Origin: Lingula anatina
Lineage: Eukaryota; Animalia; Brachiopoda
Length of the DNA: 64,000 bases
Assembly (NCBI GenBank): GCA_051362555.1
Contig: JBPQGU010000016.1
Coordinates: 1,736,001 to 1,800,000 of the forward strand
Reading direction: 5' to 3'
The translations under genes and the position numbers were made by a program. A model generated the notes under the pieces. The model was not told the DNA's origin. It saw nothing but the letters and a program-made list of their open reading frames with translations, and ran no database searches. Below are positions 13,510-25,745 of this stretch, piece after piece (position 1 is the first letter of the stretch; each line of letters opens with the position of its first letter).

Positions 13510-14958
13510 TCCGTTCCTAGGCACGCATGTCCTAAGACATAATTTCCTGGGATTTAACATCCAGTGGACATCCTTTACTTAGTATTCTAAGTCCTGCAGA
13601 CAGGTATCGATGTCCTAGTCGGACATATTTTCCCAGCTAGACTGGTAATAGATGTCCTCTGACATTTACATATGAATGTTGTGTTAATTTCAGAAGATTT
13701 GAACGCGATGTTTAAGAATGTTATTACGCTTATTATAATTATTTGTATACATGTACCCCTATACACACTTTATTCGGCTAACTTAAGATACTTTAAATAA
13801 AAAAAAAACTACAAATTGTTATTAGATTTAGGATATATATATTTTATGTCCGATTAATATGAAAAATATGAGATTCGCGCCACCTTGTGAAATATGTCGG
13901 GCCTCTTCACATTACATTAATGCCTTAATATCTGTTAAGCGGCCATTTACATACAACTGTATGTCTGTGGTACACAGCTTTGAATTTTGGCTTCTGTCCA
14001 TTTCTAAACAATGTGTTTTTTGTCCTTATACACATCACATTATACGTTTTACGGGGTGTTTTTCGGTGAAATACGAGTGTGCGAAATAATACACAGCCAC
14101 CCTCTCGCGATATACTCGCTTACAAGTACGTGTTGAACACTTCTCGATGACGTTCGAGCTGCTATGGTACAGGTATACATATCGTTCAGGTGACAGTTCA
14201 TTTTTTTATACTTGGTGCCTTGATGATCATTGGGAATATTTGTAGTTTGAGAGACATAGTATGCAGTTTGAGACGTGTATAATTGTAAGATAAATAAATT
14301 GAATCTGTCTGTTATTTTTTATACATGCATTTTCACTATTAGTCTTCTGAGCGCAATTTTTCCCTTACATATGGATCCCGAAATTCCCATTCTAATTCTT
14401 TGTATTTTTAGGTGAAAGTAGAAAGAATATGCTTTTTTGCGTATAATTATCCGATGAAATTCGAGTTATTAAAGGAATTCTAAAATAGCTCAACGTTAAA
14501 AAAATGATGATATTTAAATCAAACGTAAGATCTCGCCAAATCAAAATAATCCAAATCGTATAACAAATTGTAAAGTGCGTTTTGTTCGTTGAAATGGAGA
14601 ATAAATTAGAATAACATTTGCATATAGAGTACATGTAACATCGCTGCTGAGGATTCGAACTCACTTACGTTTCTCTATGCTCTTGGTCATTCATCCAGCC
14701 GTCTTACTGATTAGCCTGTGTGGAAGCTGCTGCCAGCCGATCGAAAATTACCGGTGCTTATGGCCTCGTGTTTATAATTATTGTACGGACATTAATTACG
14801 TAGGACTTGCGTTTCTGTGTATATGTGAAAGGAAATTATGTCCGACAGGAATACATGTCCTAGCTGCGTATAAATACAGCTGGGAATCTAGGTCCGGGTA
14901 GGACAGTACATCCCAGGGAACGCAAGTCCATAGGACATGTTTTCCCAGGAACGGAGGT
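13510..14958. mobile_element. ~1.45-kb non-coding element with imperfect terminal inverted repeats
   Basis: Left end TCCGTTCCTAGG..CATGTCCTA; right end TAGGACATG..CCCAGGAACGGA; internal GTCC/GGAC repeats. Duplicate at ~43831-45279. Superfamily not identifiable. Confidence 0.55.
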
Positions 14959-15197
14959 ACTACGGACCTCCGTTCCTGGGGGATATGCATTCCTTTCACA
15001 CCGGTTATTTGATAGCAATTTAGTGAGACTATCCAGGGAGTTAGAGTAGATCGATCCAGATGGATTGATCTTGGCATGGGAACCCAGTCAAAGAATCGAT
15101 ATTAATAATAAGGTCATCGCTGAGCAGGTATAAGGTAGATATCTGAAAAGTAATATGTTCACAAGAATTAAATAAGATGTTTACTTTATTTGTTCAG

Positions 15198-15356
15198 TAT
15201 AAAAAAACAGGTGGGTGGTTCTTGACGCAAAAATATGACGTCACCTGTACTTGCACGAGCGGGAAAAGGGCCGAGAAGGATGTCGTGTTTGACGACAAAG
15301 ACGCCAATGTGGACGGCAAGATTGACCGACAGGAGTTCAATCCTGATCTGCAGTAG
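15198..15356 (+). pseudogene. Orphan last exon of a mytimycin-like gene
   Basis: tttgttcag|YKKTGGWFLTQKYDVTCTCTSGKRAEKDVVFDDKDANVDGKIDRQEFNPDLQ*, read in phase 0 whereas intact copies are phase 2. Upstream homology ends at ~15000 against a TIR element; no same-strand exons 2-3 precede it. Confidence 0.78.
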
Positions 15357-16090
15357 CTCTGATATACGAGGATGAAAAACGCAGCCCTTTTCCATTCTTT
15401 ACTGACATTCAGAAAATCATTGGGAATCGATCTTTCTCAAGAAATTGACTTTCGAAATTATTTTTATAAATTAGGAATTGAAATTATGTAAAACAATATT
15501 GCTGTTTATATGAAATTAAGATAGCATCGCAACAGGTGTTGTTGTGTTTCATTTACTTATTATTATTATTTACTGGGTCTTTACACACAATGTTACATGT
15601 TTTTCTAGCTTTTTTGATCGAGAAACGATATGGGCACATCGGCGACCTTCATTTCCGCCAGGTTCCACCTCCCTTACCACACCGTATCCAAACGTGGTAC
15701 TTTTTCATTGACTGTTTGTCCCCTTCAAAAAGATTGGGTGGATCCAACTAGATCGACCTAACTCCCTGGGGGTTCACGCTAAATAGCTGTCAGCAGAGCG
15801 GGCACGAAAATTAATTACCCCCTTACAGCTGGAAGTAGGCGGGACGGACATTTAAGCCGGATTATCTAACAGTAATCTAGTGAGACTCCCCATGGAGATA
15901 GATCGATCTAAAATCTATGGGAATGCGCCCTTAGACCCCTTTTCCCACAGATTTTAGATGTGGGTGGTCTCACTAGATTACTGTCTGCTTAGCCGGCTTA
16001 AATGTCTTTCCCGCCTACTAAAAGCTGTAAGGGAGTAATTAACCTTGCTAACAGCCAGGTAGTTGGGTCGATCTAGTTTGATCAATCTAA

Positions 16091-16245
16091 GGGTGCATTC
16101 CCAGAGATTTAGATCGATCCAGAGATTTAGATTTAGATCGACCTAACTCCCTGGGGGTTCACGCTAAATTGCAGTCAGCCGAGCGCGCACCATAGTTAAT
16201 TACCCCTTAATCTCTGGATCGATCTAAATCTCTGGGTATACACCC
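16091..16245. mobile_element. PIF/Harbinger (Tourist)-like MITE nested in a cluster of the same family (~15733-16266)
   Basis: ~30-bp TIR GGGTGCATTCCCAGAGATTTAGATCGATCC with TAA TSD on both sides, inserted in the TIR of a related copy. Relatives at 13163-13437, 23870-24135, 43484-43758, 47826-48426, 56030-56301 and in intron 3 of each gene. Confidence 0.7.
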
Positions 16246-17859
16246 TAAATCTCAGGGAATGCGCTCTTAGACTAGTAAACTGAGCGAAAAATTTGGCCTA
16301 ACCCAGGACCAATTGCAAAAAAAAAAAAAAAATGTAATGACGTTTTTAAGAAAGCTAAATATCCAAATTTTAACATATTAAAAATCTAGAATAATCTAAG
16401 TAGTGGTTCTTAAGGCAGTTTTTTCAAGATGGCCGCCAATATATTATGTCACTAAAGGTAAAGGGGGGTCTTTATAATTGGGGAGTATTTTTGGAATAAA
16501 TGGAATAAATGAGGTTAAGACCGTGAAGTATATCTGGACTTACAGACAAAAAACACTTTGACGAAAAGAAAAACTCATTTGATAGGAATTATTCACCAAA
16601 GGCTTTTAGCTTGGGGTCAAAGGTCAGACAAAGGTCATTTGTACAGATTTTACCTGAAATGATGGCCGCCAGCAAGTGTAATCATAAGGTTTCATGATAC
16701 CTATTTTTAACAGTTTGTTTTTCAGTAGGACCTTATAGCTAAAGACGTATTATGAGGTAATTTAGAAAGCTTAATATCCAAATTTAAACAAATTAAAAGT
16801 CTAAAAAATCTAAGTGATAGAAAAAGGTTTTAAGACAGCTTTTTCCAAGATGGCCACCATTATATTGTGTCACTTCAAGTAAATGCTGTCATTCGATTTA
16901 GGTAGTATTTTGCTAAAATAAATGAAGGTAAAACTGTAAAATATACACATAGTTAAATGAATGAAATGAATTTAAATTAGATAGGAATTATTCACCAAGG
17001 TTCACTGGCTTAAGTCAAAGGTCATGCAAAGGCCATTTGTACAGATTTTCCCTAAAATGTTGCCTAAAATTGCAAATTATGTTTTTAAACATATGCAATG
17101 GAATTATTTTGATGTTTACTATAATCATTATATCATTCACAACAACTCTAAGAAGTTTGGATGCAAAATATGGCTCTTTTGGAGAAATATGAGTCATACT
17201 GTGAAAAATTAGACAAATAAGGATTCTGAATAAGTGGACAGGATAAGATTTCTCACCATTCTGGGAACAAATATGTCTTTGCAAATACAATAAATGTGTA
17301 ATATATGGAAAACACTTGTTTTTTTGTATTATTTATTATACCCATTTATGTACCTGTTCAAAGCATTTTCCAATATGGCCTTCAGCAAGAGTATCCATAA
17401 GGCTTCATAAATTTTAAAAAAAATCTAAACAGTAAATCTTCAATAAATATTCAACTCAATAATGTTGTTTTACCCCCTTTTTTATTGTGAGTTTTGTAAT
17501 TTATTTTAAACATTTGTTCAGATCTACAGTCACCAGTATCACCAAACACTGTCATTTTTTTCTTAGGCGGACTGGAATGTTGTATCAATTGGACAACAAT
17601 CGTACTGCTGGCCTGTCCAAATAAGTTTGGGTGAACAAATGCATGAATGTCTTGGAAACGGATTCCTAATTGCATGGATCCTGTTGCTCCTAGATATGAG
17701 AAGGATTCCAGGGCCACACAAGGGACAGAATCCTGGAGCTTTTGTTGCCACATTCACCGACAGAAGAAACCCCCAATATGTAGGAATCGAAACCTATCAG
17801 AAAACTAACGTTTTGTGGAAACTGTCCTTACCTGCCTTCCAGCCACAGCCCAAACCACT

Positions 17860-18095
17860 ACGGAATGTCGTTCCAAGGAGTGTTAGTGTATCTGCTTGTT
17901 TCAATGTGAAGTTTATGCCCACTGATGCGAAAACGACAGTATTTTTCTCTTTTATCAGTATCATGAAGGACGTCTATTTTTTTTTCTTTTTTAAATGTAT
18001 TTTTGAATTGGCAATAGGCTCTGAATTTAGATTTGTCCTCAAACTCATTGTCCCATGTACCCACTGATGATGCGTTCACTGAACATGCTTAGGAA
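17860..18095 (-). mobile_element. Same LINE remnant upstream of copy C
   Basis: SKFRAYCQFKNTFKKEK...FRISGHKLHIETSRY; duplicate at ~50006-50240. Confidence 0.7.
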
Positions 18096-18997
18096 GTTTA
18101 TGTGAGGAATCTGTTTTAGCCATACAAATCCGTATTATGAAAGCGTCTCAAACATCTGTTACTGAAACCGCGAATAACAATGCTGGTACTAACAACTATT
18201 GATACAGAAACTACTTTGATCTATTGTACACGGGAATACAATACAGAATGAATGGAGAATCGTGATAAATAAATGATACACATTTTAAGGGAAAAGAGTG
18301 TGAAAATGAAAATATTTAAGTTAAAAGTTTCCATAAAACAATGCAGAATGAAGTAAGATAAACTTTCTCTCTCTTTCTCTCCGGCCAGCAGAACACCGTG
18401 ACTGACTTGCGCACCCTGTTTGTACTTTTTTCCTGTAATGGTAATCAAACGCAATCTTTAGACATCTTTACTAGCAAAAAACTTCGATGCACTCTCTAGA
18501 ATTTGAACCCTCGATCAAATTTCAAATGTGCATGAGCTCCTTAAATGTTCTCTGTGATTTCTTGCGATAATCCATTTCACCGGCTCAACTCAACAGAATA
18601 CAGTACTGTCACCGATTTTTTTTCACCTAGCTTTGGGGGTTTTCAGTAAAAAAAATCATCGGGCCTCTGAATCCTTTGATTCGTTGATGAATAGATAATG
18701 TTAAGTCAAATTAGTGTTCTACCGGATTAAGCTAGATTTTATAAATGTGCATGCGTAAAACCTGAAGATAAATGTCTTTAAGATGAAAATGATTTCAACC
18801 AATGAAAATCAGTCTCGAACACACATTATCTTTCTGCGGTAAATGATAATCCAGACTAAGGTGAATCATAGTGAAATACCTGTACCAGTACATAACTTTG
18901 ATGTCCGTTCCACTGCTTTAATCCCTTCTGAATACAGGCGTGTACTCCACTTCAGAAACCGATGCCTTGACGAAGCTTGCACTGCTGATGAAAACGG

Positions 18998-19065
18998 TAT
19001 AAATAGTTCAATCTTTCGACATTTTCAATCATTTCGAGACTGAGAGGTAATCAAGGATTACTCAG
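18998..19065 (+). promoter_or_regulatory. TATA box, probable initiator and non-coding exon 1 of copy C
   Basis: TATAAATA at 18998-19005, TCATTT ~30 nt downstream, CAG|GTAAAG donor at 19065/66, then an intron to the acceptor just before the ATG. Same layout in C', E, A and A'. Confidence 0.6.
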
Positions 19066-19304
19066 GTAAAGAATTATGTCCAAGAAATGTTCTTAATTTT
19101 CTGTACACTAAGTAGGATTTCACGACGCCAATTGCCTTTCTGCGCATTGGGTTTTAAAGAACAACGTATGAAATCTCACTTTACTGTCAGCGTGCCTCAG
19201 AAAGTTTAGTATAGCTGCTGACAGAAAAGATTTGAGCTCTACTGTCCTCTAAAATTCCCTTTGCCTTTGTGTCAACTCCATGTTGTCACTTCACATTTCA
19301 GAAG

Positions 19305-19986
19305 ATGACTACTTTTGCCATTTTTGCGTTAGTTGCGTTGGGTCTGGCAGCTCTGATGCAGGAAGCTGAATCTATCTGCTGCCGTGAGAAACTGAATGGG
19401 TATTGCGCAGACTGTACGAAGGTGGGTCTACTAGTACCGGGGTATTTCCTAGGGAAATGCATTGAGAACACATTTACAACACATGATTGGTATCAGGCAA
19501 ACTTAGCATTACAGGAGAAAAATGATACCGTGCAGAAGTTATAAATGTAGAACAAAGCTAGAAGTCCATTTTTATATTGTTTATTGTAATTCGATAAGCA
19601 AATGGTCGACAGGAAATCTATCGGGGTATTTCCTAGGGAAATGCACTGAGAACACATTTACGACACATGTTTGCTATTAGGCGATCTTAACATTACAGGA
19701 GAAAAATGATACTGTGCATTTAAGTTATAAATGTTTATATTGTTTATTGTAATTCGATATGCAAATGGTCGTCAGGAAATCATTCTGTACATATGTGGGT
19801 TTGTATGAGTGTGCAGTGTCGGTGCACGTGTGTAGGAGGGGGAAAGAGAGAGGGGGAGATAGTTATTAATTCCCTATTTACATTTCAGAAAACCCCTTAC
19901 TGTTCATATGAGAAATGTAACTTATTTGGCTGCGCATGTAAAGGTTCGTGTAGACGGGACTGCGGCTCGCACATAGAGTACGTGAG

Positions 19987-20033
<47 letters not shown>

Positions 20034-20973
20034 CCATTCAGAATTAGTGACTTACTAGTCCAAGTGTCAAATATGACGTTACACCACAAGCTTGCCGCCT
20101 ACACCACTAAAGGGGACTGCTCAAATAGATGGTCCGGGTACTAAATGATCAGCCAGAGAGGAAATTTTTAACCGTTTAATGGCGCGTGTTTAGGCGAACA
20201 GACCATCGGGAATCAGCGGCATCGCGTTTGCAATGTGGTCGGCCATATTAAGATTGTCAGTGCATCAGTAAGTATTTGGATAATCTATTGTGAATGGCCC
20301 CATAGACAATAAATAGATATCCCGTGGGAAAGTACAGTATTCAAGTGCGTCGGCCATATTTGACCCAGATGGTACATAGGCTCTCTCTATCTCGGAGTCA
20401 AATCCGTTTAATGGCGCTTGTGCATGTAAAGACGGGGGAGCATCGGGGCTTGCTTTTAAGTGGGGTCGGCCATATTTTGTCGGCAAAGCCGTTAGAGCGC
20501 ATTCAGAACATATTACCTGCGGGCTTACTGATCCGCGGACTACATACGGTCAGTCCCATTAAAAACAAATACCCCATTAAAAATTGTGGAGACGAGATTT
20601 AATAAGCTTGTTCTGAATGCGCTCTTGGTCTGTGGATGATCTGCTTCAAAGTTTACCTGCGCGTGACGTCGTACCCAACTCGAGGAGCCTGCACCACAGG
20701 CATTCAAAAATTTTGTAGTTATTAAAGTTTAAAAGGGTGACATATTGTTAACTTTGCTGCTAGTGTGAACTGCGCATTAGGTGCATGTTTTACATATCAT
20801 CTGGCCAATTTGAAAAGCAGTTGCGTACGCGCAAACCATCTATATCCAAGAACGCTCAGGGTGGACGTATTATTTCTTAGAGCTCTCCCTATCAATCATA
20901 CCATCCACAAGGGCACTGTTTCACTAGATATTCACGAGTATTTCAGGCTTTCCTGTTCACATTCCTTTTTTGC

Positions 20974-21021
<48 letters not shown>

Positions 21022-21565
21022 TACAAATTGAAAAATAATGACAAAGTGATCTTTCCCACAGGTATTTGGATCGATCTATCTCTCTGGGGAGTCTCACTTA
21101 ATTGCTGTCAACTTGACCGGCTAAATTGTCTGTCACGTCTAATAAAGATGTAAGGGGGTAATTGTCTTTACCCCCTAGCTTATTCGGTAGGCTTGGCAGA
21201 TATTTAAGCCGGTTATTTGATAGCAATTTAGTGAGACTATCCAGGGAGTTAGAGTAGATCGATCCAAATGGTTCGATCTAGGCATGGGATCCCAGTCAAA
21301 GAATCGATATTAATAATAAGGTCATCGCTGAGCTGGTATATGCTAGATATCTGAAAAGTAATATGTTCACAAGAATTCAAGAAGATGTTTACATTATTTG
21401 TTCAGAGCAAGAAAAATAAGTGGGTGGCTCTTGACGGCAAAATATGAAGTTACCTGTACTTGCACGCACGGGAAAAGGGTCGCCGAGGATGCCGTGTTTG
21501 ACGACAAAGACGCCAACGATGACGGCAAGATTGAGCGACAGGAATTCGATCCTGATCTGCAGTAG
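19305..21565 (+). CDS. Mytimycin-like (Diedel-core) secreted Cys-rich peptide precursor, copy C; spliced, intact, 121 aa
   Basis: Coding exons 19305-19421 (after ttcacatttcag acceptor; donor GTGGGT, phase 0), 19889-19977 (catttcag; donor GTACGT, phase 2) and 21406-21565 (tttgttcag; TAG). Joined by hand: MTTFAIFALVALGLAALMQEAES|ICCREKLNGYCADCTKKTPYCSYEKCNLFGCACKGSCRRDCGSHIEARKISGWLLTAKYEVTCTCTH-GKR-VAEDAVFDDKDANDDGKIERQEFDPDLQ*. Signal peptide, 12 Cys, dibasic site and canonical EF-hand loop DANDDGKIERQE. Confidence 0.88.
19992..20029 (+). repeat. (CT)n microsatellite just after the exon-3 donor (present in all copies that retain this exon)
   Basis: Equivalent tracts at ~1483-1525, 12034-12063, 32996-33027, 42343-42376 and 52140-52173. 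Confidence 0.9.
20974..21021 (+). repeat. (AAT)n microsatellite in intron 3
   Basis: Equivalents at ~11133-11174, 41443-41485 and 53128-53172. Confidence 0.9.
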
Positions 21566-21748
21566 CTCTGATATACGAGGATGAAAAGCGCAGCACTTTT
21601 TCCATCCTTTACTGACATTTGGAAAATCATTGGGAATCGATCTTTCTCAAGAAATTAACTTTCGAAATTCTTTTTTGTTAATTAGGAATTGAAATTATGT
21701 AAAACAATATTGCTGTTTATATGAAATTCAGATAGCATCGCAACAGGT

Positions 21749-22300
21749 TGTTAAGTCCCAGACTTCGTCAGTCAGACTTTACGTTAAAATAATGTCACGT
21801 TAGATAACGCGCTGGTTCTTGGGCCTTAGTGTTGTGCGCCCAGCTGATCCAATAAAATGAACAAGATTCTCATTTGACGCAAGTGGAAATTTAATACTGT
21901 TTTTTGGAAAATATACAGAGGTTTCTTCTACATATTAACTGTCAGTCCAAAATGTATAAGGATATCGCCAGAGCCAAAATACGATATGATATTACCTTAA
22001 AACAGGGCAGCCTTTATAGATCATTCAGGAATTTTAATAACCAGGAAGAAATAACACTTGACTGAGCGCAGTCCTTTTGTCTCAGGCTTTGCCCCAACTC
22101 AGTCACCGTGATTCCTGGATCATCATTATCCGCCCTAGCCTTCAAAGGCATTTCTAAATTTTATCTCGTGCCATGTGCCCCGGTCACGATCATTCCCGAA
22201 TGTCTATTGACTGCCCCCTTCTAAGCTTATCTTAGGATATGAATATTATTTTAATTAATTATTTATATCAATCATAAAATACCCAAAGTGGTATTTTACA
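21749..22300. mobile_element. Solo LTR (552 bp)
   Basis: TGT...ACA termini and a 4-bp AGGT TSD on both sides. Empty site CAAC-AGGT-GTTG in the paralogous 3' region at ~15531. Confidence 0.8.
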
Positions 22301-25300
22301 AGGTGTTGTTGTGTTTCATTTACTTATTATTATTATTATTATTTACTGGGTTTTGACACACAATCTTACATGTATTTCTAGCTATTTTGATCGAAAAACG
22401 ATATGGGCACGTCTGCGACCTCCATCTCCGCCAGGCTCCACCTCCCTTATCACACAGTATCTAAACGTGGTCCTTTTCCATCGGCTGTATGTCCTCTTCA
22501 AAAAACAGCAAACTATCCTCTCTTGCTTTTTATAATATCTCTCAATTTTATCACATCATATGCATATGCCCAAACGATAGTATATAAGTGAATAGACATT
22601 TTATAGCATTAAGATGGGTGAGATAAAAAATTTAAATAAATAAATAAATAAATAAATACTCGATTCCACGACACAGCATTCTAAAATAAGCACCAATTTT
22701 CAAGCGGCGGAATGTTACACAAAATCAATGCATGAGTTAAACCAAGCAGTTGTAGAATAGAAGTCCTTGGTTAAGCAAAGAAACCAAACAGTTAAAGCAT
22801 ATTAATGGCCTGTTGGGTATTATAGTTACCCGTGAAAGCCACTGTTTTATTTTCCGAAATATGTGAAACGTTCACAGCGTGATCATTGAAGACCCCCATT
22901 CCCCTGCCCTGACTTGTAAATGCGGCCTTTATTTTTCGTCCTTATTGAAACGAAGGCATTGTTGTTTTAGTCGGAGATTCGTTTCTTTCAACTCGCCACA
23001 CTTGCACTTTCAATGAGATACGAATTAAGTTTTTATTGCCGGGAATTTGAACTGTAAACACCCCCCCCCAAAAAAAAAAAATAAATAAATAAATAAAAAT
23101 AATAAAAATAAAAATAATAATAATAATAATAAATAAATGAAAATGATAATAATTGAGACCTCCTTAAGTGGTACCAAGTACGGTCAATTTAAGCTGGAAG
23201 TGACACACAAGATTGAGCCCAAAAAAACTAACCTTTTGAACAAAGTGGTCTATCAGGAATTCTGCATGCACTACACAGTATTTGAAATATAAATATTATG
23301 TCTGAGTGGTTGCTCACATATCTTGCACACGAATGGTATTAAATTATATGAAAAGTGAAAATAAAAAAAATGATTTAGCAAAATACTTAATATAATAGGT
23401 AATATCAAGCAGTGTCAGATTTAGGGTGTGTCAGGGGGTTCCTAACCATCCCCCTTCAATTTCTGAAAAAATCACACTAGTGGTCCCTCTTAAAATTATA
23501 ATTTACGCTAGCTGAACCATTGTTCTAAACCGTACCGTTTGATAACCTTCGCACATACTAGCATCTATGAAGGAAGACAAATACAAATTGTCTCCAAGAG
23601 ACACATATAGCGGCTGCAGGTCTGCATGATGAGATTGACGATAGTTTTAATCAAAACCGAAAGACGACATGGATCTTTTTTTTTAGTAATAAGTTTTCAA
23701 ATGAAAGTGTATAAACTTTTCAAGACTACCGGTATGAGACCATATGTCTACTGGTGGAGAGAGAGATTATCTTTATTGCACTGGTTTCATTTGATACAAG
23801 TAGTCCTATGATCTAAGAAAACGAATTAAGTTGTATAAGCGGTTCATCGTAACTTTTTTCAATTTAGCGTGAACCCCCAGGGAGTTAGGTCGATCTAGAT
23901 GGATGATGGATCGATCTAAATCTATGGAAATGCACTCTAAGAACCCATTCTCACAGATTTTAGATCGATCTATCCCTGTTGGGAGTCTCACTAGATTACT
24001 GCCTGCTAACCGGCTTAAATGGCTGTCCCAGGGTAATTAACTTCCGTGCGCGGTCGGCTAACAGCAATTTAACGTGAACACCCAGGGAGTTTGGTCGATC
24101 TAGTTGGATCGATCTAAATATCTGGGAATGCGCTCTTAGACTAGTAAACTGAGCGAAAAAATTGGCCTAACCCAGGACTAATTGCAAAAATTGTAATGAC
24201 GTTTTTAAGAAAGCTAAATATCCAAATTTTAACATATTAAAAATCTAGAAAAATCTAAGTAGTGGTTCCTAAGGCAGTTTTTTTCAAGATGGCCGCCAAT
24301 ATATTATGTCACTGTAGGTAAAGGGTGGTCTTTATAATTGGGTTTTATAATACCTAATTTTTTAAACAGTTTGTTTTTCAGTAGGGACTTATCGCCAAAA
24401 AAGTGTAATGAGGTATTTTAGAAAGCTTAATATCCAGATTTAAACATATTAAAAATCTTGAAAAATCTAAGTGATAGAAAAAGGTTTTCAAGGCAGCTTT
24501 TTCCAAGATGGCCACCGTTATATTGTGTCACTGCAAGTAAATGGTGCCGTCCAATTTAGGTAGTATTTTGCTAAAATAAATGAAGGTAAAACCTTAAAAT
24601 ATACACAAAGTTAAAGAAATGAAATAAAGTTAAATTAAAGATGCATACAAAGTCAATTTTTTGTCAGAAAAACCGACCAAATGCCAGCATATAGTTTCAA
24701 GTAGTATAACTAAGAGAATTACCAAAAGGCATTATTTAATTTTACCCTAAAATGATGTTTGAAAGGATTTTTCTGCCAGCATTCTATGCTGTATGCCAAT
24801 GGGGCAGAAAAGTAGGTCACGAAAGTAGGTTAAATTTCCGACCAAAAATTTAAAGAAAGGAGCAGTCTAAAGCTATTTATGTCTGATCGAGTGATCTATT
24901 CAGTTTATCCCTTGGCATGTCGAATTTATGTGAGTCGTATAAGAAAATAGTAGAAGTGGTTTACATGTGTTACTGGGAATCCACGCTCCACTGATGCTCG
25001 GTTCGTATGTACCTTTAAAAGGACATATCCACTGAAATAAATCTTATATAATATGAATTATTCACCAAGGTTCACTGGTTTAAGTCAAAGGTCAGGCAGC
25101 TTAGGCGGACTGGGATGTTGCACAATTAGACAAGCAATCGTATAATCAGCCAGGCCAAATGTACTGCTGTTCTATCCAAATAAGTTTGAGTGAACAAATG
25201 CATAAACATTTTGGAAACAGAAAACCAGCTTCGTTGCTCTAACCCATTCCCAGTTGGCTCTACAAGGCCAAATTAAAAGTTAGTAACTGGGCCAACTAGC

Positions 25301-25745
25301 CCCGGTCTCCCCTATTGTTCTACGTAGATCAAACTGGGCGTGAACTCTCCTGAATGCAATCAGATAAACAGAGTAACACGTCTCCTGATGCTGCCAACAC
25401 CCATATAATCAGCAGCTTTCTGTGTATTCTACTATCTAAGGGAATGAGCCCTAAGCCTTTTTGAAACTATGACAGATGGCTTTGCAATATTGGTATTGGA
25501 GCGTTCCACTAGCTATCCATCCCAAATAGATGCAATGTTGTCTATGATCACAACATAAGAGACGCAATAGATCAGAATACCGTCTAAGGGCTTAAGTTCA
25601 ATATAACAGCTAAAAAATAAAATAACCGAAATGATGTTTTTTTTTTAATGGTACATGTACAACAGCTTTTGAATCGGTCGATATAATTTGGAGATCTTGC
25701 TAAGTCGCATTTCAGACTTTATACTTGAATATCATTCCTTTGCAG

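Noticed and set aside
16268-17530. GCCATCTTG-rich repeat starting TAGACTAGTAAACTGAGCG (also ~6150-6875, 24137-24600)
   Set aside because: Clearly an interspersed repeat, but I could not find a matching second terminus or TSD, so no class is assigned.
19269-19544. Single-exon ORFs 'MSTPCCHFTFQKMTTF...VGLLVPGYFLGKC...' (also at 2721, 12384, 33352, 42705 and 51417)
   Set aside because: They start at GTG inside intron 1 and read through the exon-2 donor. Their stops vary between copies; the spliced model explains the Cys pattern better.
21394-21630. Recurrent Ser-rich ORF 'MIFQMS..KSAALFILVYQSYCRSGSNS' (also 10510, 31299, 40818 and 53545)
   Set aside because: Antisense shadow of the real last exon.
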